In this document: piece after piece, positions 1-9,821 of the stretch
Layout: each line of letters begins with the position of its first letter
Numbering within the stretch: the first letter of the stretch is position 1
From: a bacterium
GTDB taxonomy: Bacteria > Zhuqueibacterota > Zhuqueibacteria > Residuimicrobiales > Krinioviventaceae
Reading direction: 5' to 3'
DNA length: 64,000 nt
NCBI GenBank assembly: GCA_963675755.2
Contig: CAXXMD010000002.1
Coordinates: 1,024,001-1,088,000 of the forward strand
Position numbers and translations under genes: made by a program
Notes under the pieces: generated by a model
What the model saw: only the letters and a program-made list of their open reading frames with translations
The model's database searches: none
Told to the model about the DNA's origin: nothing

Positions 1-31
1 GAATTAAAACAGGTTTTAAAAAAGATTCCAT
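1..31 (-). CDS. Probable 5' end of the next chemotaxis gene (MESFLKPVLI...), truncated by the window edge
   Basis: ATG at 31-29 with a GAGAG RBS-like sequence at 43-39, 19 nt after the cheW stop; frame open to the edge; identity cannot be determined. Confidence 0.35.
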   Translation of the reverse strand, partial: MESFLKPVLI

Positions 32-50
32 ACTGCTACTCTCTAATTTT

Positions 51-530
51 TCAGGCTGTTAATTGTTCAACATTTGACATTAAAGCATCAATTTCCTGAG
101 TAATCACATTTTCAATATCAAGTAGTATGGTAACTCTGTTTTGCATTTTACCTAAAGCAAGAATAAAGTCTGTATTAATTGCAGTTCCAAAATCGGGTGT
201 GCTTTCAATATTTTCATCGTGAATATCAATAACTTCTTTAACCTGATCAACCAAAAGTCCCATTCTAACTTTGGACGTTTGAATGATTATTATAACAGAT
301 TCATCATCAACAGGCTTTGGAGAGATGCCAAAACGACTACGGAGATCCATAATGGGAATAACCTGATCACGCAAATTGATCAAACCCAGAATAAAATCAG
401 GTGTTTGCGGTATTTCACGTATCTCCATATATTTAATGATTTCTACAATTTTTAATATTTCAATTCCATATTCTTCATGTGCAATTTGAAAAGTTAAATA
501 TTTTCCGCTTAGAGATTCTTTATTTTCCAT
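51..530 (-). CDS. cheW: Chemotaxis coupling protein CheW
   Basis: KYLTF..EEYGI.I..I.EI, IPQTPDFILGLINLRDQVIPIMDLR, GLLVDQV; downstream of cheA and the MCP. Confidence 0.95.
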   Translation of the reverse strand: MENKESLSGKYLTFQIAHEEYGIEILKIVEIIKYMEIREIPQTPDFILGLINLRDQVIPIMDLRSRFGISPKPVDDESVIIIIQTSKVRMGLLVDQVKEVIDIHDENIESTPDFGTAINTDFILALGKMQNRVTILLDIENVITQEIDALMSNVEQLTA

Positions 531-677
531 AATAAAACTCCATATATATTAGTTTATTGGCAGATGGCATTCTTACCGCCATTTCTAATTTTTTGTCAAT
601 TCCCTTTAATTCCCAAAAAAGTTACATTTTTCAAACAACCAATAAGAAAACTTGTCCACCAATAAACTATATCATCA

Positions 678-2516
678 TCATTGTGGTGTTAATTTAAATT
701 TCTCAATCATGCTACGCATATCTGCAGATTGGCTAGCCAATTCTTCAGCAGAACTTGCAGACTCTTCAGAATTTGCAGCAGTTTGTTGCGTAACCTGATT
801 CATTTGTTCAACAGCAGAGTTAACTTGATCAATACCCTGATTCTGTTCATTAGAAGCAGCAGCAATTTCTGCCATAACTTCACCAACTTTGATCACGCGT
901 TCATTAATTTCCATCAAATTACTGAGCACTTTTTCATTCAACTCCACACCGTTGTTAGCATTCTTGACAGATTCTTCAATTAAAGTCGAAGTATCTTTGG
1001 CTGCTTCGGCACTTCGCATTGCCAAATTTCTTACTTCTTCAGCAACTACAGCAAATCCTTTACCTGCTTCACCTGCACGGGCCGCTTCAACTGCAGCATT
1101 CAATGCCAGCAAATTGGTTTGAAATGCAATTTCATCAATTGTTTGAACAATTTTTGATGTTTCATCTGATGAATCTTTAATCTTTTCAATTGCTATTGAC
1201 AAATCATTCATGCTGTCAACACCAGTTGAAGTACTATCCTGGGCACTTTGAGCAAGATTTTTAGCTTCATTTGCATTTGCAGTGGTACGGCTAATGCTTG
1301 ATGACATTTCCTGTAAACTACTTGAGACTTCTTCAAGAGAACTTGCCTGATCTGAAGCACCGTTTGCTACGGATTGACTACCATTACTGATTTCACGTGA
1401 AGCCACGGAAACCTGACCAACCATATTCGCAACTTTACCAAGACTATCATCAAGATGATCGAGTGCAACATTCAAGGTATTAATAATTTCTGCATGTTTT
1501 CCTTTAAAATCACCTTTAACGCGAACACACAGATCATGATTTGCTACCTGATTTAATACTTTAACTAATTCATTTATGGGGCCTAATAATGCATCCAGGG
1601 TATCATTAAAACCATGGATAATTTTTGCAAAGTCACCACCATGTTTGCTTGCATCTGCACGGTAATCAAGATCACCGCGAACAGCAGCATCAGCAAGTGT
1701 ATTGGCATCACTAACAACAGCTTGCACGCTGGCTTTCATTGTATTCATAGCAATACCCAAAGTATCATCATCAGATAATACATGAACATCAACATTGAGA
1801 TTTCCCTGTGAAATCTGATAAGCAACATCTGCACGTTGTTTCTGTGATGTGATCATCTCAGAAAAGGAATCTGCCAATTCTCCAATCTCATCGTTCCGTG
1901 AAATGTTAATCTCTGTGTCCAATTTACCTAATGCAAACTCTTTAGCAATTTTGGTAATTTTTTTAATGGGATTCACAATCATATTTGAAACTATAATAGT
2001 TATAGCAACAAATATTGCAATCATAATAATTGCTAAAATAATTGTAGTACCCTGAGCAGCAGCCAATGCTTTATTACGCTCCTCAAGATGGATACCAATT
2101 GTCATGTTACCTAATTCGGAACCTTCTTCACCAACAGCGCGTTGATAAAAGATTTCATTCTTGATTTTTTTCAATCCTTCTTCAGACTTGTCTGAAATTT
2201 CAGGTACACCTTCGTCACGATAAACAAAAATTTCCGTACCTGCTTTATTCGATACTGAAACATAAGAAATATTTTTTTGAGCGGTAAATGCTGTCATTGA
2301 ATTTCCTACTTCATCAGCATCATCAAATTCCAAACCCAAAGTAACTGCTTCACTGGCAATATCAGTCATCACTTGAAGTGATGATTTTAAATTTTTGTCT
2401 AATGCAGTTTTTGTAATATTAGAATTAATAAAAATAACTCCTAGCATCAAAACAATAATCGTCGCAATAAAGTACACCAGCATCTTTGATCGTAATCCAA
2501 GAGCATTCAAGTTCAT
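678..2516 (-). CDS. Methyl-accepting chemotaxis protein (2 TM, small periplasmic domain, poly-HAMP, signalling domain)
   Basis: Hairpin-tip motif [37 protein letters not shown]; HAMP motif [10 protein letters not shown]; two hydrophobic segments. Confidence 0.96.
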   Translation of the reverse strand: MNLNALGLRSKMLVYFIATIIVLMLGVIFINSNITKTALDKNLKSSLQVMTDIASEAVTLGLEFDDADEVGNSMTAFTAQKNISYVSVSNKAGTEIFVYRDEGVPEISDKSEEGLKKIKNEIFYQRAVGEEGSELGNMTIGIHLEERNKALAAAQGTTIILAIIMIAIFVAITIIVSNMIVNPIKKITKIAKEFALGKLDTEINISRNDEIGELADSFSEMITSQKQRADVAYQISQGNLNVDVHVLSDDDTLGIAMNTMKASVQAVVSDANTLADAAVRGDLDYRADASKHGGDFAKIIHGFNDTLDALLGPINELVKVLNQVANHDLCVRVKGDFKGKHAEIINTLNVALDHLDDSLGKVANMVGQVSVASREISNGSQSVANGASDQASSLEEVSSSLQEMSSSISRTTANANEAKNLAQSAQDSTSTGVDSMNDLSIAIEKIKDSSDETSKIVQTIDEIAFQTNLLALNAAVEAARAGEAGKGFAVVAEEVRNLAMRSAEAAKDTSTLIEESVKNANNGVELNEKVLSNLMEINERVIKVGEVMAEIAAASNEQNQGIDQVNSAVEQMNQVTQQTAANSEESASSAEELASQSADMRSMIEKFKLTPQ

Positions 2517-2550
2517 TAATTTTCCTCCATCCTTTTTGGTAATAATAAAA

Positions 2551-5094
2551 TTATTCCTGCAACATTTTCGTATTTACAACCTTGGGGTCAACTTCACGCG
2601 CAAGCGTTGTCAATTCCGATGTATCAAGAATTAATCCTACTTGCCCATCACCTAAAATTGCACCTCCGGAAATTCCTTTACTACCGCCCATTTCTTCACC
2701 CAATGACTTTGTAACAACTTGTTGTTGACCCAATAATTGGTCTACCAACAAGGCGCAACGTCTATCACCATCACCAACAATGACCAGTAAACCTTCAGTT
2801 GGATCATGTATAGCATCCGGTATATCAAACAAATTATATAATCGGAAAATAGGAATAAGTTCATTTTGGAACATTACCATTTCCCCTTTTTCTGCAACCG
2901 TAAAAATAGCATCTTTTGCGGGTCTAAAACTCATATGAATATTGATAATAGGAACAATATATCTTTCAACACCTATTTTTACAAGCATACCATCAATGAT
3001 TGCAATGGTTAATGGGAATATCATTGTAAACGTAGTACTTTTTCCTTGAACGGTATCGATATCAATTCGTCCACGTAATTCTTCAATATTCTTTTTTACA
3101 ACATCAAGACCTACACCCCGGCCCGAAACATTTGTCACTTTTTCTGCTGTTGAAAAACCAGGAGCAAATATCAAGTTAAAAACATCGCTATCAGTCAGGT
3201 TTTTATCATTTTCAATAATACCTTTTTCAATTGCTTTGTTTAAAATTTTAACCCGATCAAGACCTCGGCCATCATCCTGGATCCTGATCATAACATTTCC
3301 ACCTGAATGAAATGCAGACATTACGAGTGTACCTACCCGTGATTTTCCCAAATTCTCTCTTTCATCTGCATGTTCAATACCATGATCAACAGCATTTCTG
3401 ATCATATGTACCAACGGATCTTTGATCAGCTCAACCATTTTACGGTCAATTTCTGTATCTTCTCCCTGGATTACAAGATTTACTTTTTTTCCGGTTTTAG
3501 TGGCTGTATCCCTAACAAGACGAGACATTTTTTGAAATGTACCCGCCAAAGGAATCATTCGCATAGACATACTAAGATCTTGAAGATCCCTTACAATTTT
3601 TCCAGCATGAATTACTTTACGGGTAAATTCAGCTTGTTTTTCATCTATAACAATTTCATCTTGAGAAATCATAGAATGGGCAATAACCAATTCTCCGATC
3701 ATTTCAATCAACCCATCAAGACGTTCAGTTCGCACCCTTACAAAATTATCTTTGGGAGTTGATGTAGATGCCGTATCTTGAATTGGAGTTGGCAATTCAA
3801 CTTTGGGGGGAGCTCCATTGCTTTTTGGTGCTGCAGCAACAGGAGCAGCTGCCTTTGGTGCATCCTGAACTTTTTCCGGTTCTACAGAAGGTGCTGCCTC
3901 TGAGGCTTTAGATGGGGATTGAGCAGCCGGTGCTTCATCACTATCAGAAGCTTCTGCATTTGCCAATTCATCTAAAAGTTCATCATAGCCTTGAGGTTTA
4001 ACTAATGGATTCCCATCAAGGGCCATTTCAACCGATTGTACTAATATTTTAACCATATCGATACCACGCAAAGAAAGATCTGCATTAGCACCGGTGCAGG
4101 TAATTTCTCCATCACGGATTCTACTAAAAAAAGATTCAGCTACATGTGCAAAGTGTGATGAAAGATCAAGCTGTAAAAATCCTGAAGTACCTTTGATTGT
4201 ATGAAAAGCCCGAAACACAACATTAATTGCTTCAGAATCATGCGGATTGTTTTCAAGCTGTAACAATGCGGATTCAGCATCTTCAAGATATTCATTAGAT
4301 TCAGCTATAAATTCGTTTATAATATCGCTATCAAAATCACTCGGCAATTCATAAACTTGTTGAGTAACCACTTCTTGTTCTGTAGATTTTTCTTTTTCCG
4401 GGGCTTTCTTTTTCTTTGTTGGCTGCACTTCTTCCAACACTTCAAGTGTATTGCCCAGTAAATCATTAATTTCGATCAATTCATCATCAGTTGTTTCATG
4501 CTTTTCATCCAGCATTAAATCTAATTTACTCAGAACAATATTTATATCTTCCGTTACCTGTTCAGGTACAGAGGAATCATTTTTCACCTTAACCAAAGAT
4601 TCATGAATATTTTCAAATTCTTTACGGTCATTCGGTCCAAGTTGCATTAGTAACGCTGCAACATCATTCAAGATCATTTCAGAAGTTTGATTGCTGAGTA
4701 ATTTTTCAGTTTCTGATAAATAAGGCGAGTGCTCAGGATTACGGCCTAATACAATCCATAATTCATGCCCTGATTGAAAGATTGAATTTTTAATTTTTTC
4801 TTCATCATCCGTATCCAAAGCCTTTGCAATAGCGTGTATTGAAGAACCTGCTTTAGTTTTAAATGCTTCAGGATCTTTATGCTCATTATTATATAAATCT
4901 TGCAATCCTTCAAGACACATGAGAAAAATTGCAATCAATTCAACAAAATCATCAGGAATTTGAGATTTTATTGTTTCAAGCTCCATCCCAACAGTAACAA
5001 TATCCTGTTGGTTTCCTGGATCAATACTTTCAAGTTGATCAGCATATTTGGAAATATCATTAACTAATTTTTCATCAAGCCGTACAATATCCAA
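2551..5094 (-). CDS. cheA: Chemotaxis histidine kinase CheA with a ~250-aa N-terminal extension
   Basis: Hpt [11 protein letters not shown]3 VRVRTERLD, HATPase [26 protein letters not shown]-terminal CheW domain; TTG start with GGAG RBS. Confidence 0.96.
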   Translation of the reverse strand: MDIVRLDEKLVNDISKYADQLESIDPGNQQDIVTVGMELETIKSQIPDDFVELIAIFLMCLEGLQDLYNNEHKDPEAFKTKAGSSIHAIAKALDTDDEEKIKNSIFQSGHELWIVLGRNPEHSPYLSETEKLLSNQTSEMILNDVAALLMQLGPNDRKEFENIHESLVKVKNDSSVPEQVTEDINIVLSKLDLMLDEKHETTDDELIEINDLLGNTLEVLEEVQPTKKKKAPEKEKSTEQEVVTQQVYELPSDFDSDIINEFIAESNEYLEDAESALLQLENNPHDSEAINVVFRAFHTIKGTSGFLQLDLSSHFAHVAESFFSRIRDGEITCTGANADLSLRGIDMVKILVQSVEMALDGNPLVKPQGYDELLDELANAEASDSDEAPAAQSPSKASEAAPSVEPEKVQDAPKAAAPVAAAPKSNGAPPKVELPTPIQDTASTSTPKDNFVRVRTERLDGLIEMIGELVIAHSMISQDEIVIDEKQAEFTRKVIHAGKIVRDLQDLSMSMRMIPLAGTFQKMSRLVRDTATKTGKKVNLVIQGEDTEIDRKMVELIKDPLVHMIRNAVDHGIEHADERENLGKSRVGTLVMSAFHSGGNVMIRIQDDGRGLDRVKILNKAIEKGIIENDKNLTDSDVFNLIFAPGFSTAEKVTNVSGRGVGLDVVKKNIEELRGRIDIDTVQGKSTTFTMIFPLTIAIIDGMLVKIGVERYIVPIINIHMSFRPAKDAIFTVAEKGEMVMFQNELIPIFRLYNLFDIPDAIHDPTEGLLVIVGDGDRRCALLVDQLLGQQQVVTKSLGEEMGGSKGISGGAILGDGQVGLILDTSELTTLAREVDPKVVNTKMLQE

Positions 5095-5103
5095 AATAAA
5101 CTC

Positions 5104-5610
5104 CTATTTTCTTTTACCATGAAACTTGCCGGAGGTCAGGTTTAGTGCAAAACCGCCCAGGCTGGATTCATAGTGTAATTGTATACGTGGTAAACGGTCA
5201 GGAACATGTACTTCCATTTGACTGCCGCGTGCAACTGTTGGTAAAGACATATCTACAGAAGCGCCAATTGCATCCAGTTGAGCTACAATATCACCAGCCA
5301 ATACATTAATTAATTCACCGGTAACATCGTCCATATCCACAGAATCATAGTCAATATCAAAACCTGCAAATCTTTTTGCAAAATTAATTGCTGTATCTTT
5401 GGGCATACCTAAAGAAACTGACCAAGACAGGTCACCAATCAAAGAGATGATTCCAACAATTCCTTCAGACATCCACAAACCATCGCCTTGTTTTTCACCG
5501 GTAAACTTTAATGAACCATCGTCAATAAAGAAAAAAGAGATATCAATTGATTTTTTCAAACATTCGATATGCACAGCAGAAAAATCTTCAGAGTTATAAT
5601 TATCAGACAT
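5104..5610 (-). CDS. cheX: CheX-family CheY-P phosphatase
   Basis: GIISLIGD, DVTGELINVLAG (ExxN motif), MSLPTV; between cheY and cheA. Confidence 0.85.
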   Translation of the reverse strand: MSDNYNSEDFSAVHIECLKKSIDISFFFIDDGSLKFTGEKQGDGLWMSEGIVGIISLIGDLSWSVSLGMPKDTAINFAKRFAGFDIDYDSVDMDDVTGELINVLAGDIVAQLDAIGASVDMSLPTVARGSQMEVHVPDRLPRIQLHYESSLGGFALNLTSGKFHGKRK

Positions 5611-5643
5611 TTTAATCCTCTTTACTTTTTTTTTTCAATTCAA

Positions 5644-6069
5644 CTAACCCAAGTTATGAAAAAAGCCTGCTGCTTTGCTGCCTTTATTCAATTTATCAAC
5701 AATAGGTACCAATTTTTTACGTAATTCAAGTGTGGTAAAGGGTTTACATATATAACTGTTTGCACCAGCATCGGAAGCATCAGTCATTTTCCCCATAGTT
5801 TTTTCACTGGTGATCATAATAAATGGAATAGATTCAGTTCCACCTTTGGCTCTCGCCTGGTTTACAAATTCAATTCCATCCATATTTGGCATATGGATGT
5901 CTACAAAAGCAATATCAAACTTTTTGGGACTAAACTTTCTTAAAGCATCTTTACCATCTGACGCCTCAGTAAAGACAAATTCAGCAAGCCCAGTTCGTTT
6001 CAGATTCTCCATCACCATATTTCTCATTACTCGTGAGTCATCAACCACCAGAGCTCTTAGTTTAAGCAT
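5644..6069 (-). CDS. cheY: CheY-like single-domain response regulator
   Basis: LVVDDS, FVDIHMPNMDG (phospho-Asp), MITSE, KPF; position in the che cluster. Confidence 0.8.
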   Translation of the reverse strand: MLKLRALVVDDSRVMRNMVMENLKRTGLAEFVFTEASDGKDALRKFSPKKFDIAFVDIHMPNMDGIEFVNQARAKGGTESIPFIMITSEKTMGKMTDASDAGANSYICKPFTTLELRKKLVPIVDKLNKGSKAAGFFHNLG

Positions 6070-6104
6070 ATTAAAAGTCTCCTATATTTATTTTTATTTT
6101 TATT

Positions 6105-6434
6105 TTATACAGAAAAATCCACCTTATTGCCAACATCTAATTCATCCGTTTTTCTATTTTGGCTTTGCAAAGATTGTTCCTTTTCATCGCTTTCACTGGA
6201 ATCTTTTTCTTCAGAATCATCATTTTTATTACTTTTTTCGTAATGATCCTGAAATTTCTTATTTTTATCTCGTTTTATAATTTGTTTCTTTTGATCAGGA
6301 CCCTTGTTGGTAAATTCCAAGGAAGAATGATCCGCAGAATTATCAGCCACATTGGTTTTTGGTGTTTCTACTACCTTTTCCAGATGTGAAACATGTATAT
6401 TGATATTTTGAGGTATGTCCACAGGTGTTGACAT
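6105..6434 (-). CDS. Hypothetical charged low-complexity protein ending GNKVDFSV
   Basis: Co-oriented between fliA and cheY with an AAGGT RBS; no family recognised with certainty. Confidence 0.7.
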   Translation of the reverse strand: MSTPVDIPQNINIHVSHLEKVVETPKTNVADNSADHSSLEFTNKGPDQKKQIIKRDKNKKFQDHYEKSNKNDDSEEKDSSESDEKEQSLQSQNRKTDELDVGNKVDFSV

Positions 6435-6461
6435 ACAGTCACCTTTAAATCATTTAATACG

Positions 6462-7238
6462 TTATACATGATGTAAATCACGCTTTATTATTTTCGTCTT
6501 TAAAAGCAATAAAGATTGAGCGTGAATTTGGCAAACACGAGACTCGGTAACATCCAGAACAGATGCAATATCCGCCAGATTCAGACCTTCATAATAATAA
6601 AGTGTTAAAACCAGTCTTTCTTTAGTGGGCAGATCCTTTAAAATCCCTTTTATCTGCTTTTCCAGTTCTTCTGTAGATTGGCGCCAGTAGTCATCGTTCT
6701 GTTGATTTTCAACAAAACTATCAAGGCTGGCGTTACCCTCCTCATGCTGAAAAACTATATCTTGTAAAGAAACAAACCTGTCGGTATAGACAGATTCTAA
6801 AATTTTCCTATACTCTTCAACAGATATATCAAGCTTTTCTGCAACTTCATCTTCAGTAGGGTTTCGTACCAACTTGTTTTGAAGCTCAGCAATTGCTTTA
6901 TATACTGATTTTACATTGCTGCGAACCTTGCGGGGCGCCCAGTCAATTTCTCGCAACACATCAAGTATTGCACCCCGTATCCTGAATGTAGCAAATGTTG
7001 TAAATTTAATATTCCGGTCAGGATCAAAACGATCAATCGCCTCAATAAGTCCAATAGTACCAGCGCTAACCAGATCTTCCCAATCGATAACACCGGAATT
7101 ATATGACTGAAATCCTTTTGCTACATAGCCTACAAGATGTTGGTAGTGATAAACCAACTTGTCCCGTAGTGTACGGTTCTTCGTTGCAGCATATTCTTGC
7201 CATAAATTATTTAAATTTTCTTCTGACATTACATTCAA
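6462..7238 (-). CDS. fliA: Flagellar sigma factor sigma28 (FliA/WhiG)
   Basis: EDLVSAGTIGLIEAIDRFD, KFTTFATFRIRGAILDVLREIDW, LYYYEGLNL..IA.VL.VTESRVCQIH. Confidence 0.95.
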   Translation of the reverse strand: MNVMSEENLNNLWQEYAATKNRTLRDKLVYHYQHLVGYVAKGFQSYNSGVIDWEDLVSAGTIGLIEAIDRFDPDRNIKFTTFATFRIRGAILDVLREIDWAPRKVRSNVKSVYKAIAELQNKLVRNPTEDEVAEKLDISVEEYRKILESVYTDRFVSLQDIVFQHEEGNASLDSFVENQQNDDYWRQSTEELEKQIKGILKDLPTKERLVLTLYYYEGLNLADIASVLDVTESRVCQIHAQSLLLLKTKIIKRDLHHV

Positions 7239-7262
7239 ATCCGGTTTTCAAGCATCCCGTAA

Positions 7263-7529
7263 TTATATATTCATTGCAGCCTTTTCAGACCCTACATTTT
7301 CAGTTTCCATAGATTCATAATCTTCTTCTGAATCCAGTTCTTCTTCATCTTCAGCAGTTTTCATGGTAACAGAAGTTAAACCCATTGCTGCATAACCAAT
7401 TAAATTTGTAGCAACAAAAATAACAACTGTCTTCCAGATTGTTGCTTCAAAATCGGCACCAGTAAACATGCAATACACCAAAATGAGTAATGCAATCAAT
7501 CCGCTTATCGATGTAATAATATCTTTCAT
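7263..7529 (-). CDS. Small 2-TM hypothetical membrane protein with an acidic tail
   Basis: Two hydrophobic segments, GAGG RBS, in-operon between flhG and fliA. Confidence 0.7.
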   Translation of the reverse strand: MKDIITSISGLIALLILVYCMFTGADFEATIWKTVVIFVATNLIGYAAMGLTSVTMKTAEDEEELDSEEDYESMETENVGSEKAAMNI

Positions 7530-7544
7530 GGCAGTTCCTCGCTT

Positions 7545-8360
7545 TTATACGGTTTGATTGTTTTCGACAGTATTTCCAATTAATATTTTTGCAACAGTTA
7601 GCATATTCTGACTAGCAACAGAATTTTTATTTAATAACATAAAAGGTTCTTGTTTGATTACCGATTGTCTGACAGCCTGGTCAAATAACAGATAACCGGC
7701 AATGCCAACACTCGTATCGAGGAAATGTTCCAAAACAAGCGACAACCGTTGGTATACATCAGTAACTTCTGACGGTGATGTAACCATATTTAACAAGAGA
7801 TCAATTGATATATTTTTTTTCATCGAATTTAAAATTTTAATCATAGCATAAGTATCATTAATAGCAGTTGGTTCCGACGTTGTTATTAAAATGACCTTGT
7901 CTGCTTTGATAGATATTTCAAGAGAAATAGGCGATAATCCGCCAGCAGTATCTATAATGATATAATCATATTTATTACGTAATTTGAAGAATAACTCGAA
8001 TATTTTTGAATTCAAGCTTTTATCAAGATCAAGCCAATTGCGATTACCAGAGCTGTTTGGAAGAATGGAAATTCCACTTGAATGTTTAATGATAATTTTT
8101 TCAACATTAATGTCATCAAGTATATAGTTTAAAAAATTGAACTTTGGGTTCATACCCAACAGAATGTCAATATTTGCAAGATTCGTATCTGCATCGATTA
8201 CCAGCACATTTTTGCCCAGTTTGGAAAGCGCAATTGCCAAATTTACAGATACATTTGATTTTCCAACACCACCTTTTCCACTTGTAACAGCAATGGTCTT
8301 AGCCTGAGTCTTGGAACTCGAGTTGATCATTTCTTTTATATGTTTCAACTGGTCTTGCAT
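7545..8360 (-). CDS. flhG: MinD-like flagellar number regulator FlhG/FleN
   Basis: Deviant Walker A TSGKGGVGKS, DAD.NLAN, IIDTAGG, EPTAINDTY; follows flhF. Confidence 0.92.
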   Translation of the reverse strand: MQDQLKHIKEMINSSSKTQAKTIAVTSGKGGVGKSNVSVNLAIALSKLGKNVLVIDADTNLANIDILLGMNPKFNFLNYILDDINVEKIIIKHSSGISILPNSSGNRNWLDLDKSLNSKIFELFFKLRNKYDYIIIDTAGGLSPISLEISIKADKVILITTSEPTAINDTYAMIKILNSMKKNISIDLLLNMVTSPSEVTDVYQRLSLVLEHFLDTSVGIAGYLLFDQAVRQSVIKQEPFMLLNKNSVASQNMLTVAKILIGNTVENNQTV

Positions 8361-8363
8361 GTT

Positions 8364-9821
8364 TTACCCTTTAAGAATCATGTGAGATAATTTACTTTCA
8401 TTCGCAAAATCAACATCATCAGGTATAATTGAACCATTGCCCAAATAAGAGAGGGGCTTTTTCATCAAATTTGATACACCAATTACCGTACCAATTTTTT
8501 TAATTTTATCCAGATGTGTTAAAATAATTGCATTATAATCAGTTTTTGCGTATTGCTTTGAAATGCTCTTAAATTCATCAAAAGCCATTTCCATTGACAA
8601 TGTTAAATATACCTGAGATTTTTTTATTTCTTTTAAATAGCTTTTTAAAACTTGTAAATCAGAAACAGCAAAATCAATCACAACCTGATCTTTATCAGCA
8701 TGGACCTTGAGTGCATTTTTAAGGTCCTCAACCCCTGAAATTATTGCAATTGGGAGCTTTGTAGCCAATGAAAGTTGATTTAAATGCTGAATTGATTTCT
8801 TTTGCTCATCACTTACCAGTATCATAGCAACTTTTTTATTCTCAAATAAAGCTGTTTTTAAAGCAATTTTCATACTGGTTATGGTTTTCCCACTTTTTTC
8901 AGGACCAATTAATGAAATGATTTGTGGTCCTTCATTTTTAGGATTATAAACTTTGATATTTTTTTTCAACTCTTCAATAATCAAGGTTTTCAGCTCTTGG
9001 ATTTCGGAAGAAGAATCAAAATTCCACTTGTTATCGGTACATTTTTTCTCAACAGTGGCAACAATTTCTTCTGCAGTCGCTTTATCTACTCCCCTGTCAA
9101 TCAAACGTTTATTGATATTTTTATAAAAAGTTTTTAACGATTCATCATCCTGAACCGTTTGCGGCGCAGCATTTTGTTCCTGTTTTTGTTTTTTCAGCTC
9201 ATCAGCACGTTTTTTGAGTTCACTCAATTCCTGACGTAATATAGATTCTTTTAAATCTACCAATTGTTTTTTGAGTGAATCCAACTGTTTTTCATGTTCA
9301 ATCCAGATCTTGCGCTGCTCATGAGTGGTCTTTAATTCTTCTTTTAATAATTGAGAAAACTCTTTTGCTGTCTGGGTTGCTTCTTCAATCTGCTGAATGC
9401 GTTGTTTTTCCAATTCTTTGATAAAAGCATCATCAACTTTTGACTCAGCTTTAACTTTTTCCGGCTCTTTACCAGCTTTTTCATCGGGGGCTGGTTTTTC
9501 TTCGTTTTCTTTAACCAGACTATTAATATCAAATGAACCCGCTCTACTATAAGATTCAATCTCTCCGAGTGTAGGAGAAGATTTTCGGGGTTTGGTTTGA
9601 GGTTTCGGTTGCAATTTAGATCGCAACTCTTGATCTTTTTGGATCACTTCATCAAGCCAGGAGTTTCCGGTCTTTTGTTGTTCCTGATCACGGGCAGCAA
9701 TAACCTCAATGCCCTCTTTGGTTGTTCGGGTATTTAAAATCACTGCATCATCACCTAATTTTAGTTTAATTTTATCTAATGCTTCACGCATTGTTGCAGC
9801 TTTAATTCTCTCAACTCTCAT
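8364..9821 (-). CDS. flhF: FlhF-like SRP-GTPase with degenerate G motifs and a long coiled-coil region
   Basis: N-terminal MREALDKIKLKLGDDAVILNTR, LIDRGV, GPEKSGKT, THLD, LSYLGNG.IIPDD; between flhA and flhG. Confidence 0.88.
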   Translation of the reverse strand: MRVERIKAATMREALDKIKLKLGDDAVILNTRTTKEGIEVIAARDQEQQKTGNSWLDEVIQKDQELRSKLQPKPQTKPRKSSPTLGEIESYSRAGSFDINSLVKENEEKPAPDEKAGKEPEKVKAESKVDDAFIKELEKQRIQQIEEATQTAKEFSQLLKEELKTTHEQRKIWIEHEKQLDSLKKQLVDLKESILRQELSELKKRADELKKQKQEQNAAPQTVQDDESLKTFYKNINKRLIDRGVDKATAEEIVATVEKKCTDNKWNFDSSSEIQELKTLIIEELKKNIKVYNPKNEGPQIISLIGPEKSGKTITSMKIALKTALFENKKVAMILVSDEQKKSIQHLNQLSLATKLPIAIISGVEDLKNALKVHADKDQVVIDFAVSDLQVLKSYLKEIKKSQVYLTLSMEMAFDEFKSISKQYAKTDYNAIILTHLDKIKKIGTVIGVSNLMKKPLSYLGNGSIIPDDVDFANESKLSHMILKG

